NCBI RefSeq assembly: GCF_009914755.1
Contig: NC_060929.1
DNA: 64,000 nucleotides
DNA from: the human T2T-CHM13v2.0 reference genome, Homo sapiens
Reading direction: 5' to 3' (one strand)
Both the position numbers and the translations under genes were made by a program. Below, piece by piece: positions 14,930 to 31,229 of this stretch; the stretch's first letter is position 1; each line of letters starts with the position of its first letter. The notes beneath the pieces were generated by a model. It was not told the DNA's origin, did not search any database, and worked only from the letters and a program-made list of their open reading frames with translations.

Positions 14930-15884
14930 ATGGGCAACTTCTAAGGGCTAATAACCTCAATGCCAGGTGCCTCATACCTTGATGAGGGTAAGTGGGAGAG
15001 ACAGAGAGAGAGAGAGAAAGAGAGTAAGAGAGATTGCCTAAGGTGTTGTCATGCTGCCACCCAGGGTGAAGACAGCTGCAGCCATGGTCCTCTGAGATGC
15101 TGCAGGGTACTCTCCCACATCTGGGCCCACGCTCCCACTGTGGGGAGAGAGCAGCAGCAATCACTGGTTGGGACCTGGGAGGTGGGGGTCTGGTGGGGGT
15201 CCACTGGGGGGCAGGAAGCCGGGATCAGCAGGAGTGGCCTACTGAGATCCGGCCAGGGCAGGCCGGGAGGTGGGACTGCAGGGGAGTTGAGGCTCCAAGC
15301 CCTCAAGCTTGCTCCATTGACCCATTGGACTTACAAAGTGCAAATGCAGAGATAAAGTTTTTAAGAATTTTAAGATGGTGACCACAGAGCATAAAACCCC
15401 AAGTGTAGGAGTCCTCTGTGATGGTACCAGTTCTTTACCCCTAAAGCTGGCCCAGGGCCTGGGTTTGTGTTTTTCCAAATTTTCTTCCTTTCATCTAGGC
15501 CTTCCTGTTCTACACCTACAAAGGACTCTTTACACTCAGTCGTTGCCAGAGGACAAAGACCCAGGTCTGCCAGGGCAGCTGGTTCTGCTCATGCTTGAGC
15601 TGTTTCTAGATCTCTTCCTCTGTTGGACTCAGACTTTGCTGAGGGAATTCATGTCATTTTCATGAAAACCATGACTTTGACCTTACCATGTGCTGGTTGT
15701 CCCTCAGAAGCTACAGAAGAAAGACCCAGCCATCCTCTCATAAGAAAACATTATTAAGATAGAATTGTTGCCTGGGGTCTTGATCAAGTGAGCTGAGAAG
15801 AAATTACCAGCAGAGTTTAAAATATGCCCCTTTGCCTTCAAATGCTCAGAATCTAGTTCATTCCATGAGGCAAGAGGGAAATGA

Positions 15885-16271
<387 letters not shown>

Positions 16272-16584
16272 TAAGGGCTTTGCGCATGTTCTCTAGACTA
16301 TATTGCTGAGTCATTTAGTTTCTATTTTCTATTTCCTACAGGTTTTCAAAAATGTCATGTGGTGTTTTCCTTGCCTCTCCTGTAACCTTGTTTGACTTGG
16401 TTTTGGGAAAGACATTTTTATCAGTGTTTAGTTTAACATCTTACTCATCATGCTTGAGTCTGGACTTTAGGAATGAAGGTCGTATCGGAAAATAATTTCT
16501 CCGTTTGGTGCCAGCATTTTCATCCCTTGACAACCCTGAGTTCCAGACAAATAATGTGGTGACCTAGTGACTTTTCTCTTTTTG

Positions 16585-16777
<193 letters not shown>

Positions 16778-17854
16778 TAATGTCTTACTCTATCTAACTT
16801 TTGAGATTCCAAGTGTGTTGAATATTTGAGGCTCTGTTGTGAGTTCCCAAACTCTGAAGAAAACAGTAATAACAATAAAAGCATAAAAGCAGCTTTCCCC
16901 CCATTTTCTGAAAGACAGTGTGATAATCTGAGCATTTTTTTCATCAGTGGAATAATTGTACCTGTAAATTGAGTTGAAGATCTAACGTCAATTCAAAGTT
17001 CTCTATTGAAGTTGAAGATCTAATGTCAGTTCAATCTCTATCAACTATCTGCCTGGCTTCAGGATGACCCAAGTGGCTAATATTTTTGCTCAGAAGGAGT
17101 CCCCCCTCCCCACCCAGATCCGAAGGCTTTGCCTAGTTTTCTACTATTCAGTTCACTGCTGATTGCATGCATACTTTATAACTCTGCAGCGTTTCTAATG
17201 TACCAATAAACTCCCTCACAAAAACCAGACCCTTCAAATGGGCTATAAATTAGGACAGTTTCAACCTGCTTTTTTCCTGAGGTCTTAATCTTCCACTGAA
17301 GACCCATTTTCCTTAAATAGATTTTATAAGATTTTTATGGAAAAATTATATTTAGATTTTACCACTCTCCTGCATATAATCACATATTTTAACGGAAGAG
17401 TCATGCATTTATTCAACTTAGAGGATTGCAGGCAGTAATTTGTACCTTGAGTTTTTATCTACTCAATGTTACGTATTTCTTTTGGTAAAGATTTGCTTTG
17501 AGGAACTTTTGTTGGCTTTGTCAAAGAATAAACCTTGAATTCTCGTTTCACATGTATGTTCTTTATTTTGAAAATAGAGCCATTCGGGAAACCCATGCCA
17601 TGGCTCACAGTGGTTGGACAACATTGAGAGCAGTAGTGAGGTTGCGTAAGTGCAGTGATGAGAACCCTGGGGGCAACAGTTGGAAGAACTGAGATATAGT
17701 TAGAATTATGCCATTGAGGCCTTTTATTTAATAGCTTCCCTTTTTGTAAAACAGAAAAATTAACATCAATCCCAGCTTCCCAGCATCTGACTTTGTATGG
17801 AAAGGACAGGTAAAACAAAAGGTAGACATGGTTTGAGTTTTATGAAAAAAAGGC

Positions 17855-18252
<398 letters not shown>

Positions 18253-19260
18253 TTACTAGGCACAGAACATTTTCATGGGAAAAGCAAAGGTGAAGGAGAA
18301 GCAGAGAGAGGAGGGTCTGTAGTGGAGTGAGGCGCTCAGACTTCCTCTGTCATAAATCATCCCTTTGTCCCTCCTTCCCATACCCACAAGGCAAATTCCT
18401 ATCCTTCCCTGAGGAGAGCTGGGTTCCTCAGGTTTGAAGTAAGATCTAACAATAGAAACAGAATGTAAAGGAACCTGGGGACCCCCGCCAACCCAGGGCT
18501 GGGTGCACTCTTGAGCAATGAAAAAACTGCAGATCATGTAGGTGAAAGTGATTTCAGGGGAGCAGGCAGAGGCTCTTTGGCAGCTGTTCTTACAATTGGA
18601 TTGCAGTTTTACTTTGGGACTTTGGGGACACACATATTTTCAACACAATCCATTCCACTGGAATCGAATGAATGCATTATTGATATGATGTCACCGGCTC
18701 CTTATGAAATTAGGTCAGCTCTTGACATTCAGGTGCACGGTTAACATGTCCATAGGTCAGCCCTGATTTCTTTATTGAGCAGTTTCAGATGCCATCTAAG
18801 ACTCTCAGGATGTCAGCACTTCTGGCCACTGCTGCGAAAGCAAAGAAAATGGCTCCCAGCTCAGTAATGTCTGGGGACCAGGCTGCCGTTGGCGGCATTC
18901 TGAAATGAATAGTGTGAGCTGGGCTTTATCTACCACAAACAATCTCTGGTATGTGGAAAGAAATGTAAGCAGCCCTTCCAAGAGACTTCTTTCAGAGGAA
19001 TGGAATTAAGATTCATATCCAAGAAAAGTGAGAGGCTCCTGGAACAGCAGATTTTCCCACACCTTTTCTTTGTTTCAGTTTAAAACAACCCTTGCCACAG
19101 TGAGGATGGGTTGCACTTTCTTGCTGGCAGGACGCAGGCGGTTGTTCTACAGTAGAATTAATTTTCTTTTAGAAGCCACAAGAGTCAAAGCAGAATGTGT
19201 GTCTGCTTTAGAAAGACATTAGCTTCCGTGTCTCTTGTTATCTGTGTTCTATTGTCTCTG

Positions 19261-19434
19261 TTTTGCCTCCCAGGGGACATGTTTGGTTGTCACCACTGGG
19301 CAGGGTGGTATTGCTGGCATTTAGTGGGTAGAGGTCAGGGATACTGCTAAATGCCCTACAATGTACAGAATATTGCTCCACTCCCTCCAAATATGCAGCC
19401 CCAATGTCAGTGGGGCTGCTGTTGAGAAACCCTG
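19261..19434 (+). mobile_element. MER20 DNA transposon
   Basis: ttttgcctcccaggggacat...tggcatttagtgggtagaggtcaggga...gttgagaaaccctg. Confidence 0.9.
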
Positions 19435-20022
19435 CTCTATTAGGGCTCTTTTTCTTCCATTCACTATGCACCTTCTCTGATAGCAGACTTAGTGACTACA
19501 TAAGGAAATGAGAGATGCCAGCTGTGTTTTGCCATCAGGAATGAGCTTAATATTTATTATCAGTTTGCCTAAAGTTAATGTTATGCAATACTATTTGCTT
19601 AATAGCTCTTCTTTTCTTCTTAGTTTTTAAAAACTTATAATCAGAAATAATGAAGATTTAATTTTAATTTTCTTTTATGAACCTAATGATCATTACATAC
19701 ATATGGACCAAATTCTCAATAAAATATTATCTAACAGTTTATCCAGTATTCTAGAGGGGGTTGAAGGTAATTCTGTTGTGTTGCTCATTATTGCAAATAC
19801 TGGAACTAAGAATAATTTGGTGGCTAAGGCCATTGTTGGTTGTATACAGATGCCTTGCTGGTGCAGAGCAGTGCTGGGCTGCAGTTGGGGTGGTGAGGGG
19901 AGTGAGGGCAAGGCATAGCACCAGTTGAAAATGTTATTTCCAGTCTTATGTGAGTTAAAAACATTGGGATGAATATTGCATTTTACTCCCCAATGTAAAG
20001 ATAACATTTCCACTGCTCATCA

Positions 20023-21815
<1,793 letters not shown>

Positions 21816-21866
21816 CAGATTTATCACATATCTCCATATGTAATATATTGGATCATGGGCTTTTTA

Positions 21867-22398
21867 ATTAATTAATTAATTTATTTATTTTACTTTAAGT
21901 TCTGGGATACATGTGCTGAATGTGCAGGTTTGTTACATAGGTATACATGCGCCATGGTGGTTTGCTGCACCTATCAACCTGTCATCTAGGTTTTAAGCCC
22001 TGCATGCATTAGATATTTGTCCTAATGCTCTCCCTCCCCTCACCCCCCACCCCACAACAGGCCCTGGTGTGTGATATTCCCCTCCCTGTGTCCATGTGTT
22101 CTCATTGTTCACCTCCCACTTATGAGTGAGAACATGCGGTGTTTGGTTTTCTGTTCCTGTGCTAGTTTGCTGAGGATGATGGTTTCCAGCTTCATTTATG
22201 TCCATGCAAAGGACATGAATTCATTCTTTTTTATGGCTGCATAGTATTCCGTGGTGTATATGTGTCACATTTTCTTTATCCAGCCTATCATTGATGGACA
22301 TTTGGGTTGGCTCCAAGTCTTTGCTGTTGTTAATAGTGCTGCAATAAACATACGTGTGCATGTGTCTTTATAGTAGAATGATTTATAACATTTTGGGT
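21867..22398 (-). mobile_element. 5'-truncated L1PA (L1PA7/8-like) 3' end
   Basis: tactttaagttctgggatacatgtg...ctaggttttaagccctgcatgcattag...tgagtgagaacatgcggtg; 12-bp TSD atgggcttttta at 21855-21866 and 22399-22410. Confidence 0.95.
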
Positions 22399-22519
22399 AT
22401 GGGCTTTTTATTTTTTTCAACTTACCTGTGGTTGTTGATGTACCAGGACCCAGTATATATGTGTTAGCTGCTAGAACTTTATAGCATGTTTTGATATTTA
22501 TAGACTTTCATTTCATACT

Positions 22520-23400
22520 TTTTTTGCCCTTATGTATAGAGTTCCCAGGGAATTTTCCAACTCTGTCCTCCAATTTAGTAACTTATTCTTCAGTGGTGCC
22601 TATTTTGATATTTGGCTTATTTGAGGATTTTTGAAAGTTATGCTCCTTTATTCCAAGGTCTCTAATTGGCTATTTGTCAGATAACTCATTTTTATTTTGT
22701 AGATGAGATAGCTTCTCCTATAACACTGAGGTTATTACCATATTTCCTTTAAAATCCCCTTTTGTTTGCTGCATTAGCTTAATTTCATTGTGCATCAGTT
22801 TTTCCATTTGTTGTCTTTTGTGTCTAAGTGTTAGTTTTCCTGAAATGTTTTCTATTTCTTGCCCATGTACTCATTTTCAAACTGAGTCTCAGTTTGCACT
22901 TGTGTGATTGTGTTCCTGTTGACTGCAACCTGATTCTACTGACTTTGGAGAAAGGGATAGGATGTGCTTTCAGGTGGAGCATATGAGTGCTTTGTTTTTG
23001 AGTTTCCTGTTTCTCCTATTTGTCAGAAGTTACTATTGGCACAAACCAGTCTTTCCAACCCAAGCATTCAAACTAACTGCTAGAGTCTAGGGAAAAATCC
23101 TTCCTTCTGATTTGAGATAGGGAGTGAGGGAATGGTGAGGGCAGAATGGACCCCACTGGCTGCTCTAAATCCTCTAAATGTGTTTCCATAGCCCTGATGA
23201 CTTTCCTAGTTCCATAGAACTGGACATCCAGGCTGAGAGTACAAAACCCAACTTTGCTCCTATTTTTCATAGTTCCCTTCACCTGGGGCGAGTTTTGGGC
23301 TGCTGTTTACTCTACCAAACCAACCTCATTTGCCTTCAATTTCTGGAGAATTAGCCAGATTTCTGGCCCACTGATAATTCTTTTATAATGCTGGTGAACA
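22520..23400 (-). mobile_element. Highly degraded old L1M/HAL1-like sequence
   Basis: T-rich antisense ORF1-like text (aattttccaactctgtcctccaattt...); weak. Confidence 0.35.
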
Positions 23401-24704
23401 ACTATTGTCCTGTACACACACACACACCTACACTCTTTCCCATCTTCCTGTATTTCTGGGCACTTGGGACAGAAGAAGAGGTCTATGTTCTCAGTCTGCC
23501 ACCTTGATCTAATTTGATTCGACGTTTTTCAAGTGATTCAGATTGCTGTCTGTTATTCTATAATGACTCAAACCACAAGTTATCCTGGGCTTGTTCATGT
23601 CGGATGAAATATTCACAGTCTTGCAGCTTAAAGACATTAGAGATAAAGCTACCGGAACATAATGACTTATAGTAATGAGGTTTCATTTGAGGGTAATATG
23701 AACAACTGGGGACTCTTGTCTTTGCTCTCTGAATTTCAGAATACTTTCACATTGGGAAAACAGGAGGCAGTGGCTGGTTCCTTGGCTTTTGTTCGCAGAC
23801 TCTGCAGTACTCTGTCGGCTTGATGGATGTATTTTCTCATTGCTGGTGATAATTCTGTAGGGGGTGATTCACCAGCAAATGGAGGCCAAATTAGTGCATT
23901 TTTCTCCCTCTACATACTCATGCTCATTGGCTTTGCTATTTACTCCTAATGTCCATTTCCTCTACTCAATAAATCACCTTTGATGAGAAAAAAAGTACAA
24001 AATATTAGTCATGTGAGGATTTGGATCATGTTTAATTTAACGCCAATGAAAAAGTTTTCTCCTTAATCCAGTAGCTCTCTGGAGCCACAGTCTGTGCTTG
24101 CCAATGGTTTTGTGTATGCACTGACTGAAACCCAGACAGCTTGCTCCCAAACCAGCCCAGAGCTCAGAGGATTTGTGCTACATTCCTACGCCGGCCTGAG
24201 ACTCTGAGCCTGGGGGTTAAACTGTAAATCAGGAATGACTGAAAGCAATACTTTGCTAAATTCAATCATCTTCCTCTTTTAATTGACTTTTCTATTGTTC
24301 TATTTTTCTATTCTTTGATTATTGACCAGGACATTGTGGGTTCAATGTTACACTCATACCTAAGATTATGGGGCACAGGGGAGCTATGAGAATGCCCAGC
24401 TGCCCCATCACTTCTACAGAGAAGAGCTGGAGAGACTCCTCTCTAGGTTTAAATTAGATTCTTGCATATCAAGGACCAAGGGGCAGACTATGAGCTGCCA
24501 CTTGCTCATCTCCGTCAGGTCTTGTTTACACACACAGTTAGCCAGAGAACAACAATTACACTGGTACACTGCTGTGTGTGTTTACTCTTAAACTTCAGTT
24601 ACATAGTGAGGCGTGAAGCTGTGAACTGAGGGTGTATTCATATGTATGTTGACGAGGCTCACCTGCAGGGCTAAGCACCTGGAGCCTGTGGCAGCAGACT
24701 CTGA

Positions 24705-25050
24705 GTTAGAGTCACAGGTTGGATTCTCCAGAAGCAGCGGTTAACATGGAGTTCGAGGTGCAAGATTTTATCAGAAATCTGCAGCCGTGAATGGAAGGGT
24801 GAGATCTGAGCAGAGGAAGCTGTGAAATGATGCTGTAGGCCCAAGAAATCTGGCTAGAGTTGTCTTCCCTGGGCCAAAATGGTGGCATCTTCTTGCTCCT
24901 GCCTTGCTCAGTAGCTGGGTGTGGTTTGGGACCCAGGGTCAGGTGGCTCTGGTAGCTGAGGTGGAGGCAGAGAAAGCTTGCAGCTGGGGGCTGTCTGCTG
25001 ATGGGGCTCCCTCAAATGAGGGCAAGTCCCTCCTCCGAGGGCGATCTGGT
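24705..25050 (-). mobile_element. LTR16-like ERVL LTR
   Basis: ggattctccagaagcag...gtgcaagattttat...gcagctgggggctgtctgctg...ggcgatctgg. Confidence 0.6.
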
Positions 25051-25344
25051 GAGTGTGTTCCTGCCTCAGGTAGAGCAGCTGATGAGAACATTTATCCTGG
25101 GAAGAAAGAAGGTAGCTTTTTTTGAGTAAGGGGTCCTAAGGGTAGGACAATTGTGAGCTCATGATACCTAAATTATTTCTCAGCTCAGCTTTCTTATCTG
25201 ATCAGATTCTAAGGAAGAAAGAGGTTATAGTAGGAAGCAAGTCACATGCAGGAGCTGTATTGCTGTAAGCCTCATTAAAAAATGAAGATAAAAGGCACTT
25301 CTGATTTTGGCTTAAGAGCAGAATTCAGTACAGGAGGGAGAGAC

Positions 25345-25867
25345 TGAATATACAGACTATGGCCAGAGCAGAGATGAAAATAGAACTATGACCTACAATG
25401 TGCCACAACCAGCCCAGGATACCAACCCATTATCCACAACTTAGGAAGTCAGTCTGCTATGTCAGACTTGTAGGAAGTCAGATTCCTATCTCCAGAAACA
25501 ACTCAGGAAGCCAAACAACTTCTGTTACAATCAGCCCTAAATATCCAGGGCTTAATAACTGACAGTGTCCCCAATTTTGTCTTCCCTTCTAACTTAGGAC
25601 CAACCAGAGAAAGCCAAAAATGCCCCCCTAACCAATCACATAGGATGTCCCACTTCTAGTTAATTCCACCTATGGCTTTCCATGACAACAGCCTCCAGTC
25701 AGGACATGTCTGAGCCTTTCCTTCTTTTTCCATCAAGCTTTCCACTCCTCTGCCTGCCTTTGAGTCTCTGTCAAAGCCCAAGTGACGGTGGTTACTCCCT
25801 TGCTATAGCAAGCTCAGATAAGTAGCCTTTGCTTGTTCTCATTTGGTTGGACTTTGTTTATTTCCAC
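25345..25867 (+). mobile_element. ERV1 solo LTR (MER90-like)
   Basis: Repeated aggaagtcag, ccaatcacataggatg, cttgctatagcaagctc...tttatttccac. Confidence 0.6.
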
Positions 25868-26162
25868 TGGAAGGAAGAGGGCTTTTCTGACCAATCCAAT
25901 GTGCTAATTAAAGGTACCAGAGGAGGAACAACAGAGTCAGGATTTGGGGGAGGCCTGAGAAGCAGCCAGAGTGCCATCTACCTGTAGGGTCAGGGCAGAG
26001 GGAGGGGATTCTGGGTTCTCATGGGAAGCACCGAGGGGCCCCTTGGGTCCTAGCAGAGGACTTTAGGGCTGCCAGTCTAGCACTATGCTGCAGGAACTGA
26101 GCCCAACAGTCCATTCTTATTTTACTGTACCCACAAAATGCTTCTCTCTGAGAAAACTTGGG

Positions 26163-26531
26163 TGTATTAGTTCGTTTTCACACTGCTCTAAAGAACTGCC
26201 CAAGACCGGGTAATTTATAAAGGAAAGAGGTTTAATTGACTCACAGTTCAGCATGACTGGGGAGGCCTCAGGAAGGAAGCAAGGAACCTTCTTCACAAGG
26301 CAGCAGGAAGAAAAAGTGCCCACTGAAGGGGGAAAAGCCCCTTATAAAACCATCAGATCTCATTAGAACTCACTCACTATCACAAGAAGAGCATGGGGGA
26401 AACCACCTCCATGATTCAGTTACCTCTACTGGGTCTCTCCCTTGACATGTAGGAATTATGGGCTTTATGGGGATTATGGAGATTGCAATTCCAGATGAGA
26501 TTCTGGGTGGGGACAGAGCCAAACCATATCA
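26163..26531 (-). mobile_element. THE1D-like MaLR solo LTR
   Basis: tgtattagttcgttttcacactgct...gggtggggacagagccaaaccatatca; TSD ttggg/gtggg. Confidence 0.92.
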
Positions 26532-26808
26532 GTGGGACATACCTAGCAACAAACATCTGGTTAAATATTTGTCAAACAATTAACACTTGCCAGACCTAGT
26601 GCTTGGCACAGGGGACAAACCAATGAACCAAACAGTAATCTCACAAACTTTATTTTCCCTACATATGGTGCCTCTAGCACTAGTGAGCACTTAATACTAT
26701 TTTTATCTTGTGAAAAATCAGCTAGAAATGGGGTGGCTAGTGTGGCTTTGAGAAGTTTCATTCCTGAAGGAAGGAATGGATTCAGAAACTCTAGTAGTAG
26801 CTCTGTCC

Positions 26809-26843
26809 TGTGTGTGTGTATGTGTGTGTGTGTGTGTATGTGT
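26809..26843. repeat. (TG)n microsatellite
   Basis: Directly visible. Confidence 0.9.
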
Positions 26844-28599
26844 ACACATTTGGATGTTATCTTGGGCTAACTGCTTAACATCTGTATACTTCAATGTCTT
26901 CGTACAAAGCATGATTAATAATAAGTCTCCTTCTCATAGATTTGAGTGAAATAATAAAAGAAATGTAGATGGAAAATGTAGATGCAATGTAGGTGCAAAA
27001 GATATTTTTATTTCTCTCCCTTCCTCCCATCACCAACTGGAGAGCTTGGAAAAGGGCAATACCTGTGAGCATTTCCAGGGTGGCCAACTCTTCTTAGATT
27101 TAAGAGTGTGACATTTGCAATTCTGGGATCCTATTTCCAGTCCAGTTCAGGTCTCTCTACCTCCATGATGGTTTCTCTCCTTCTTGGCTTCTTTCTTTGC
27201 TGGGTTCCTATGTCTCTTCACCTCAATACAGGTAGGAAGGAGGGTGATGTGATTGAGATGGTATCACTGGACTGGTCTGGTTGGCTGGATGGGATCTGCT
27301 CCCTCTCTCGTTCCCGTAAGTCTTCCTCTACAGCTTTGCGAGGAGTTTGTGGAAGGAGACATGGTTTCCTGAAGAGGAGGGCCATACCTGGGTTGAGGAT
27401 GGAGAGGTCCATGCAGTCCTCCACTGGAATCACAAGGCAGTCTCTCACCTGAAGTGCTGCAAGAGCCTCTGGCTGGTCTCTCTGAAGCCACTCTGACTCT
27501 TATTTTCCCCAGAGTTGCCAGAGTAGTATTTTGAAAATGTAATATTTTTCATATCACACCCCTGCTTCAATGACTTCTTACTGTTGTTGTCAGATAAAGC
27601 CATCAGGGCATCCCCAGATTGAATCTGATGTTACCTTAATATCTAAAAATTGTGGTTCTAAAAGATAGAAAGAATACGATAAAAATTGAGGATGAATGGA
27701 AACAGTAACTAGATTTGTTAACTTCAATCAAGTGGAGAAGCCACCTGGGTGGGAGGTAGAGACTAAACTGACATGCAAATTAGTCAATGCTGTGACTTTG
27801 ATCTTAGCTACAAAAAGGACTACAAAATGCGATTTGGCTTGGCAGTCAGAGTGGGAAGAAGAATTGCCCTTGGATGTGTGTAGCTGCAGCTAGTATCACA
27901 CCCAGAGATGAAGTCTGATTATTAAGCAGTTTCAGCATGCCAAGAAACTCTAAATATTCCCTTGGAAAAGCATGCTCAAAGTTGTTTGAGGCATTATAAT
28001 TTTTCGCTTTGTGTAAGCCCCTTTAACTCCAGGGAGATTTTAGAATTCAGTATAGATATAAAGAAAATAAAAACATAATAGTTTTGACATAATTTGTGTA
28101 CATTTGTTATGCTAATTACCTGTAGAGTATAAGAATACCTTACATATTATTGTGTCAATAAGTTAACCTTGTGATTTCAGCTTAGAAATACAAAAATCAG
28201 TACAATTAATTTAAATTTGCATTTCTTTGAAAGCATACTAAGTTTATACACATTACTGGGACATTTGAGAGACTACAAGAATCATTATATTTGTAATATA
28301 TTTATTATAATTACTTAAGCATATACTTAGGAAAGTTCAAACAGTTGTAAAATTGGAAATAAAATCAAAAATTTATACATGCAGTGTAAAGTGCTTCAAG
28401 GAAATAAATTAATTGAGTTTTTAAATGGGGTCAAATATCAATCAGCCTCCTTGCTTATTAAAATGTGTTAATATTTGAAATTGAAGAATAAAGTTTCTTA
28501 AAAGCTTACAGTAGAGCTAAGTTTATGACTTGCAACTTTAATAAATACAATATTTATTTAAAAATGGAGTAAACTCTGAATTTTAATTTTGGTTCACCA

Positions 28600-29155
28600 A
28601 AAACCTTTCATTTCCTAGCTCCGAGAAAAAATCTAAATTTCTTAGCAATGCCTTCAAGGTCCTCCATAGTCTGGATGTGGTTTGCATGTCAATCTGCTTC
28701 TCATGTCCCTGCTCCTCCCTATAAATACACTCCAGGCAGACAGCTCCATTTATTAATTTACTTTTCAAACACAACAAATCCCTCCCTACCTTTTGGCCTT
28801 TGCACTTGTTTTTCCCTCTGTGTGAAGAGACTTCCCTTGGGCACAGAACGGGTATTTTTTTGTCCTCCTGCCAAGCTCAACTGAGCTATCTTTCCCAAGG
28901 TAAAGTCACAGCAAGGTCATCTTGCTTACCCTATTTGAGCTGGTCACTATATTCTGGATTCTACCACCCTATTTATTTCTTTCAGATGAATCATCTCCAT
29001 GTTTAATGATTTAAAACACTTACATTATTTATTTGCTTTTAGCATTCTCCCCCAGTAGAACGTACTCATCATGAGGGCAGGGAGTTTGTCTCATTTGGCA
29101 AACAAATCATTGGCAATTAGTAGGTGCCAAACAAATATTTATTCAACAAATAATT
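28600..29155 (+). mobile_element. L2 3' end
   Basis: ccttcaaggtcctccatagtctgg...catgagggcagggagtttgtc...tagtaggtgccaaacaaatatttatt. Confidence 0.7.
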
Positions 29156-30767
29156 AAATTGTATATTTATACTTAAAGCAAAGATGGGATCACACTATTC
29201 TCTCTCTTTAGTAACTTCCTTTTCTCAGCTAACATTACTGAATAATTTTTCCAAATTATATATACATAATAATTACTAAAGACTATAACACTCTATTATA
29301 TGGATGCATTATAGATGGCAGAATGATGAGCAGAAGTTTTAAATTTTAATGAAGTCTAATTTATTATGAAGTAATGGATAGAGAAATAGAGAAAATAGTA
29401 TCTTTAAACTAATAGAAACTCAAGGAAGAAGAAATAAGTACCTTAAAATCAGTTATTAAAAGAATCAGAAAAAAGATGTTAGAATATTCTTTTTCCAAAA
29501 GGATGTTAGAAGAATTTATCTTAATGTAACAGAAACAGTAACTGTAAGGAAAAAGAAACAAAACAAAACAGGCTGAGACTGAAAAACAATAGGAGAATCT
29601 GAAAGTGGAAATGAGTGAGAAGAAGGAGTTTTAATAAATTAAACCTTTAATATTAGATTAAAATTCAAATGGACATAAAATGGCATTGTGGAAAATAAAC
29701 TTGAGAAACTCTTAAGGAAAAGAACAAAGCTGAGAAAACAGTGACATGAAAAAGTGTAGAGAGAGACATCCAACATAAAAATTATAGTTGTAAATTAGAA
29801 TAAATGTAACCAAAGCCCCCATATAAAAGAGAAGAATGAAGAGTTGATTATGCTTCTTAAACATTCTCATTCTTAAACCAAAGAGAAATACATACTTAGG
29901 GAAATGCTGGTTAAAATTTTGAAATGGGCTGATAAAAAAAATTACCCAAGATTTCAACAAAAAATATTCTGCTTCCGCAGATTCTGAAGACCAAAACACA
30001 ATGGGGAAAAATCTGAGTATGGAGGGAAAACTTGGTTTGGTCAAAGAATTTGATGCATAGAGATGTCCTTCATGGGAAAGGCAACAGAAAGATATTATTA
30101 AGAATGCAAGTTTTCAGAATATAAATTAAGAACCAGAGAATGTGAATATCATATATTCCTGAGTTGTAAGTGAAAATGTTAAATCAGGAATTCTTTCTAT
30201 TATTTGTTGGCTGGTTGACTCAGGAGGCCATTGATGAAATTAAAAACTTCTCTTCCTTTGTCTTTAACTCTTTTTTCTGTTTTTTTCTATATCAGAAAAC
30301 ATGTTACTAAATGCACGTATTTCAATGCACTGTTCTAATTAACTTCTTGACATATCTAATAATAACATAAAATTACTGTACTTTTCAGTTTCCAGCATTT
30401 GCTAAGGATGCAACAACTAAGAATACAGCAGAACATAGTGCAAGAATAATTGTTAAACAAAAAGCCTTTTTTTTTTTTTTTTTTTGCTTTCACAAAAGCA
30501 GAATTGCATAGTGCTCCACAATGGCCATTCAGTTGCCAAGGAATTTAACCATTTTTGATATCTTATAGTAAATGGATTGAGTTACTTATAAAATCATCAA
30601 ATAGCAGATATTTTTGCTTACAGAATGCTTGTCCAAATAATACTCCATTCTGGATCTGTACATATTACTCAGTTAACTATCATTAAAAGAATATCTGTAT
30701 ATCTATACCTCTCTATATATTTCATCAGCTATAATATCTGTAAAAAAGGCATTGAAAAAATAACTTT

Positions 30768-31061
30768 GGCCGGGCACGGTGGCTCACGCCTGCAATCCCA
30801 GCACTTTGGGAGGCTGAGGTGGGCAGATCACGAGGTCAGGAAATCGAGACCATCCTGGCCAACATGGTGAAACTCCGTGTCTACTAAAAATACAAAAACT
30901 AGCTGGGCGTGATGATGCGTTCCTGTAGTTCCAGTTACTCAGGAGGCTGAGGCAGGAGAATCACTTGAACCTGGGAGTCAGAGGTTGCAGTGAGCTGAGA
31001 TCACATCACTGCACTCCAGCCTGGCCACAGAGCGAGACTCCATCTCAAAGAAAAAAAAAAA
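30768..31061 (+). mobile_element. AluSc-like
   Basis: ggccgggcacggtggctcacgcc...gatcacgaggtcaggaaatcgagaccatcc; TSD-like aaaaa(a/t)taactt. Confidence 0.95.
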
Positions 31062-31229
31062 TTAACTTAATGGAAATTCACTATACAATTACTATCTTGG
31101 CAGACATAGATGTAAAAAATTTAAAAATTTTTGTACATCATTTTGGCAGTTTTCCTCTTCACTTTTGTAATACATATTTTGTGTCATCTTGATCATTTCC
31201 ATCAGCATATAAGCATGGTGTTGGAGATC

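Noticed and set aside
27264-27491. Faint resemblance of EGADPIQPTRPVQ to Y-box protein sequence
   Set aside because: Only a few residues match and the similarity does not extend; not enough to call a pseudogene
29380-30130. A-rich stretch possibly L1 ORF1/HAL1
   Set aside because: Too degraded to assign by eye
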